Position numbers and translations under genes: made by a program. This document shows positions 33,305 to 64,000 of a stretch of DNA of 64,000 nucleotides, piece after piece. The stretch covers positions 12,116,161-12,180,160 of the forward strand of contig CAVNZM010000001.1 of NCBI GenBank assembly GCA_963693365.1. The letters are read 5' to 3'. A model generated the notes under the pieces. The model was not told the origin of the DNA, did not search any database, and saw only the letters and a list, made by a program, of their open reading frames with translations. Each line of letters starts with the position of its first letter. Positions within the stretch are counted from its first letter, which is position 1. Origin of the DNA: Amoebidium appalachense (taxonomy: Eukaryota; Protista; Ichthyosporea).

Positions 33305-33644
33305 GAAACACCGTAGCCTCCACCAAAACCACCCACAAATTCAAGTTTGTGGATGCAGAAAGAAGTGCAGTGACACTACGTACATTTTTTCTCTTACACA
33401 GAGCTGTGTCCGTCCTATGCACGAAAGGATCGCCATGATATCGCAACACGTTGCTACTACTGTACAAACCCAAACACAAAAGGACGGTTAATACAACACA
33501 ACTAATTCTAACATGTCGCCATTCAAAAACGATCGTTTACGATCCATCCATATACCCCTTTTTCTCTGCAAAGAAACGCTAAGAATGGAGCCAAATCGGA
33601 AACCCTTTCTTCTTATCTTTCTTTTTTTTTTTTACTCCGTGCCA

Positions 33645-45058
<11,414 letters not shown>

Positions 45059-46945
45059 GTTCCAAGTACTTGAAGAAACAGAGCGTTTACAACTACAGAA
45101 ATGCTGTGCAATTTAAACTGATACCAACCTTTAACACGCTTCCTAATTTTTAACGACGGCTATCCGGGGCAGGTCAATGCAATTGAAAAATGTTTTCAGA
45201 TGGCAGCCGGGGCTGCCGCGCTTAAAGGGAGCAGGGTGAAACCCTTGAGAGACGACTCTAGTTTACTTGCTATATTCGCCAAGTAATAAGATGCTAGCCA
45301 AAATTTGAACGTGAAGGTGATGTGTCAAATAACGCTGACAAGAACATCAGCTTTCAACAAGTGTCAAACTACGCTGACAAGAACATCAGCTTTCAACAAG
45401 AACATGAGTTTTCAACAAGCACGTTTCAGGATTAGCTTTCGAAATTCCGAACGAGTGGGTGCACGTGATCTCGGCTGTGGTATGATTGGCCGTATGCGCA
45501 CCAAACGTTTCAATATGGTTATTGTATTGTCGATATGATTGGTGCGTTGGTGGTTGTGGCTCGCTCAATAGGGGTTCAGTAACAATGACGTCACAGCGGC
45601 GATCGCTCCGAGAAGGAGGGCAAGGGTCCAAAATGTGCGTTCGCATATCGATCCACGAAAACGAAAAGGCCACGAAAACAAAACAAGCACACGAAAAGTA
45701 AACGTAAAAAATGGGGTTTGATAATCTTTTACCAGTGGTTGGCCTGACGGAGAAAAAGAAAAAGGGGTGCACTTTTGCCGAGCTCTTTAGTTTGTGACAA
45801 GCGGGTGGGCATTGATTAGCTAGTGCTATTCTTCACAAGGCCCTTAGTAGTGTACCTGCAAAGTCGAAGGAAAGCCATGAACTAGCTATGTTATTGCACA
45901 CATCTGACAGCCCACACACAATAGTGTTACCAAAAGCAATAGTGGTTTGGCTATGTATTTTTTTGCACGCCATGGATAGCAGTATACGTATATGGTATTT
46001 GTAAAGTTTGGCCTCCCAGGCTTTTACCCGCTATTTTATGTAAGGCCGGGCCTACTACACCGCTGCGGCCACACCGTGGTCGCTCAAAGTATCTCAGTCG
46101 ACTTCCATGATTTTCGATCGTGCGTGCATGATTGATTGGAAAAGCTTTTCTCAGTAGAGGGGGGTGGATCGCTACGTGCACATATAGCACACATATTCTG
46201 GCGAGGCACCGTGACGTGTACCTGTGTTGGGTTGTGCACGTGATTTATCGTTTAGCAGGCAATGACTGAAGCTCGGTATGACCAGATAAGTAAGCGCAAG
46301 CTGATTGGATACCTAAATCCAATAGCAAAAGGATTGGCTACATGAGTCGATGGAATGTGCCAAAGCCCTTTCTCATTGGTTTTAAATTTTGATTTTTGGC
46401 GGGAGCCAATCGCGAAGCGCGGGCGGCGGGTAGTGACAAGAGTAACGGTAACGTTAACGGAAACGCGAAGGAACGCGACGCTGTGACGCTTTCAGAACTG
46501 TTACAACCACCACAAACGCAGGGTGACGGAAGTTTTGTTTTGTCTGTTTGGGAGAATACTAAAATAACTTGCATAATACCACTATTTATTAGTGCATCTT
46601 AGGACGGTATCTATCTTGCGGGGGTTGGCAGGCTGCAGCGATCTGAAACAGCCACCTCTGTATGCCAAATTGGGATCACAGCTTTGTGACACTAAGACAC
46701 AACCATTTCTTCATAATCTGAAGCTTTATTAGGCACCAATATACCTCATCGTAGGCTTGAACACTGGCGCATTTTCTATGTAGCACGGAAAGGGCGAAGA
46801 ACAGGGCAGGTTTTTGGTTATCCCGTTTCATTCGCAGCAAGGGCATCACCTCCGGGGACCAAGAAGCGAACTTCCACATAGACACCGAAAACAGAGAGCA
46901 GGTAGTATCTATTAGAAAGTCGTGGGCCTCCCAAAAGGTCTCAAA
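45059..46945. promoter_or_regulatory. Divergent promoter/5' UTR region between RbfA and RasGEF with multiple CCAAT boxes
   Basis: Head-to-head ATGs at 45058 and 46946; microsatellite-free. ATTGG/CCAAT near 45485, 45538, 46135, 46304, 46333, 46375 and 46407. 39-bp tandem repeat at 45322-45399. Confidence 0.55.
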
Positions 46946-60647
<13,702 letters not shown>

Positions 60648-61788
60648 GTTCAAGTTAGGATCAAGGGGGGTCATTTGAACACGTGGTAGTTGGCATGTAT
60701 GCTGGGGAATCTCAATAAAATCGTAGAACATTTTGACGAAGGATGTATGCTTCGCTATAGAAACACTTTGATATTCCAGCTTGCATGTACGCGGGGACGG
60801 TCATGGTCACGTAGACTAGTAGAAGGACAATCCAGTATATCCCCTAGGGACACTTCGATAGTAAATACTATGATATATATAATATGTATACATACCGGCC
60901 TGTACGCAAGGAAATTAGCCCATTTCGGAAGGATAATCGAATATCCCCCATAAATAGTTAGATACGCAAGGCCGGGTGGCAGTAATTGCACGGTCGAGGC
61001 TTTTTTGAATAGTAGCATAACCATCACCCAGCCTTTCACTTATATAAACGCTGTGGTGCAACCGTGGGATCCCCGACGTTGAATACCGCAACTTGCCGGC
61101 CCATGAGCAATGATATGCTAGAGCGCCTTACATTTGCAACACCGTATAATAACGCGATGTGTACTTGGTATGCAACACTGTACTTGCTGTGTCTAGAACT
61201 ACATATGCGATTATCATATGGACTTGCTGTGTCTAAACCGCATAAATATAGAAGATGAGATATACGTATCGTTGCTATTCCAGTATAAGAATCTGCAGTA
61301 TTTACTCTAAGTTAGCTCGTCCATAGCCTATGTGAGTGGGCTTCAGAACTGTTACAAGATCGACTTCATTGTTGATTCCACAAAACGTAAGCAATTTCCA
61401 TGACTAGGTGCCATGCTTGCGTGTTACATCTAATACTATGGCATTCAAGTTGTGCAGTATCCCCAAGCCAAGTTGGTAAAAGTTCAAGGTATGTGTTACC
61501 ATTATGATAGTAGCTTAATGCGGCAAATTACTTGGGACCAAAGTAATATTATGGCTCTACATATCTTCCAATATTATTAATAGGTTGGGCTTTAAAGTTT
61601 GAGTTGGGTGTGTGTGTGCATGTGTGTGTGTGTGTGTGTGTGTTGGGGGGGGGGGGGGGGGGGGGGGGGGAGGGGGTGGATTTTAAGAGTGACGCGGGAC
61701 CCCCCCTCCCCCCACCCATGATCCCTCCCCAAGCTGTGGGAGGGGGGACGTCGACCCCCACTATCACCTGGGGGCTGGGGGTGGAGGT

Positions 61789-61826
<38 letters not shown>

Positions 61827-62069
61827 CGGCTGCCATGACAATCAAGAAATTCGAGATCATTTACATCGGATCAATCTCACAGTCTAAGACCATGTAGCAC
61901 TCTCTTGCAATATTAATGATATTTATTATACATTGTGCTACATGTGCATTCTCCATTAACGTTAGCATTGACCCTCTAAAGTTAACTTGCCTTTAACACG
62001 ACGTACTAATACCTGGGAAATTGCCCCAGGCTCCCGGATCCATACAAGTTGAATGCTGTTGGGCATTCT

Positions 62070-62102
<33 letters not shown>

Positions 62103-62224
62103 TGCCCCTTCCCCCCCCCCCCCCCCCTCCCCCCCCCCCCCCCCCCCCGGGCATCCCTTTCTTCACACTCGCTGAAATCTCCAAAAGTGAGGCTCACTTA
62201 AGCCCTCACACACACACACACACA

Positions 62225-62855
<631 letters not shown>

Positions 62856-63573
62856 AGAGGATGCTCCTCGGCGTGTGTACAACATGTGCTTCTCAATTAG
62901 CTTGTTTCCCGTTGCATATTTTTTTTTTCTCTCTACTTTGTGCACCGTTCGCCGAGACTACACCTCTACAGCTAATTGAACGAAGCTGGCCGGCAGGGCC
63001 GGGGTGGGCCCCCCGGCAGCTGCAGGGGGCGCGCCGGGGCTGTTCAACGGTTGCATCTGCAACTGCATATGATGCATACGCAACCAAGCTGAATGCATGA
63101 CATCTATGCATGTGCACTACAATTTTTGTGCAGTTATACTAGTATTATTTTTATCACCCGATATTTCTTCCTGGGCCCATATGATATTAGTGGTGTTTTC
63201 TGTTCGAAAAAGCCCTCGGACCTTGTTACTTGCTGCGCCTGCGCAACGGGTGAAACTTCCACGTGCTTGCGCCAACATGGCTCACACGCCAGCCAATCAT
63301 AGCCGTGGTATTCATCTAAGCCATATATGGAAGGTAAAAGATTGCATTTGGTCTCAAGTTGAACGCCTGTATTTCATTGGATCACAAGAGCTTTAAATTA
63401 CTCAAATATGGTGAAACTCATTTTACAATTTTAGAATCATGGACTGTCATGGATGGCGCATCCAGTGAAAGTTACATAAATTCGTGGCACGAAAGCAGAG
63501 AAGCTGTCATTTCAACCGACTTCCCTTTTCTTGCAGCTACGATAATCTTTCTTGAAGCCCTCTAAAGAACGAG

Positions 63574-63692
63574 AGCTTTGAGCATAAACCATCAAAAAAA
63601 TTTCCAGTTTCAAATGAGCTTTCTGCTTCCAAGCTTTTGAGCATAAACCATTGACCTTTTTTACAGTTTCAGTTGAGCTTTCTGCTTCCAAG
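63574..63692. repeat. About 59-bp imperfect tandem duplication
   Basis: tttgagcataaaccat...cagtttca..tgagctttctgcttccaag occurs twice. Confidence 0.8.
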
Positions 63693-63853
63693 TTTTTGGC
63701 TTTGCCACCTTCTTCACCGGCGGGGGAGGCGCTAGGCTCCTGTAAACCACCATCATACCGTGTTTATCCCAAAAACAACGAAAACCATACACTTTCTTTA
63801 TTTCTTGCACCGTAGCTGCTTGTTTTACCGAATTCACGTTAAGATCCAAGAAA

Positions 63854-64000
63854 ATGCTCTCAAGTGACACCCACCACGTTTCTCAAGGATTCGTTGCTGC
63901 CTCACCCACCAGCGCCCCAGCTTCCCCAGACACACACGAGCACCACTTGGATGATGGCAAGGGAAAATGGAGCAGTGTTGTTACAAGTGCCACCACAAAA
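63854..64000 (+). CDS. Possible start of a gene running off the window
   Basis: aaaATG then open to the window end: MLSSDTHHVSQGFVAASPTSAPASPDTHEHHLDDGKGKWSSVVTSATTK. No recognisable domain. Confidence 0.25.
   Translation, partial: MLSSDTHHVSQGFVAASPTSAPASPDTHEHHLDDGKGKWSSVVTSATTK

Noticed and set aside
31688-33436. Definite 5' exons of the LHFPL-like gene
   Set aside because: Candidates exist (ATG 33436 MAILSCIGRTQL; 32625-32571 TNLVYGWLLGSTAFAGT; 31742-31689), but I could not build a unique in-phase chain including TM1.

Overview
Eukaryotic, very intron-rich nuclear DNA whose introns are packed with (CA)n/(TG)n, (GA)n and poly-C/poly-G runs. Most entries in the ORF track are artefacts of these repeats. 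Hand-splicing at GT-AG junctions recovers: the 3' end of an RPAP3/SPAG1-like gene (+, to 1820); a complete 14-exon gene with three FKBP domains plus TPRs (-, 7504-16324) with a perfect heat-shock element upstream; a small 2-exon orphan gene; an intronless secreted Cys-repeat protein (+, 21366-22298); an LHFPL/TMEM211-like tetraspan gene with a very large glycosylated first loop (-); a mitochondrial RbfA-like gene (-, 33645-45058); and, divergent from it, a RasGEF (REM+CDC25) gene (+, 46946-60647). The standout is a 587-bp AT-rich insert in an RbfA intron (40289-40875). It holds a decayed cox1 5' end read with TGA=Trp and group I intron P/Q core motifs, and is bracketed by about 40-bp inverted terminal repeats. 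It looks like a whole linear mitochondrial mini-chromosome captured in the nucleus, which suggests an ichthyosporean such as Amoebidium (inference). Also notable: repeated local duplications of exon-intron junctions, a scrambled two-exon chimera inside an intron, a dispersed intronic repeat family always in the host gene's sense orientation, a non-autonomous hAT-like element, and many acceptors made of (CA)n-CAG. Homopolymer lengths look unreliable (two apparent 1-nt frameshifts).
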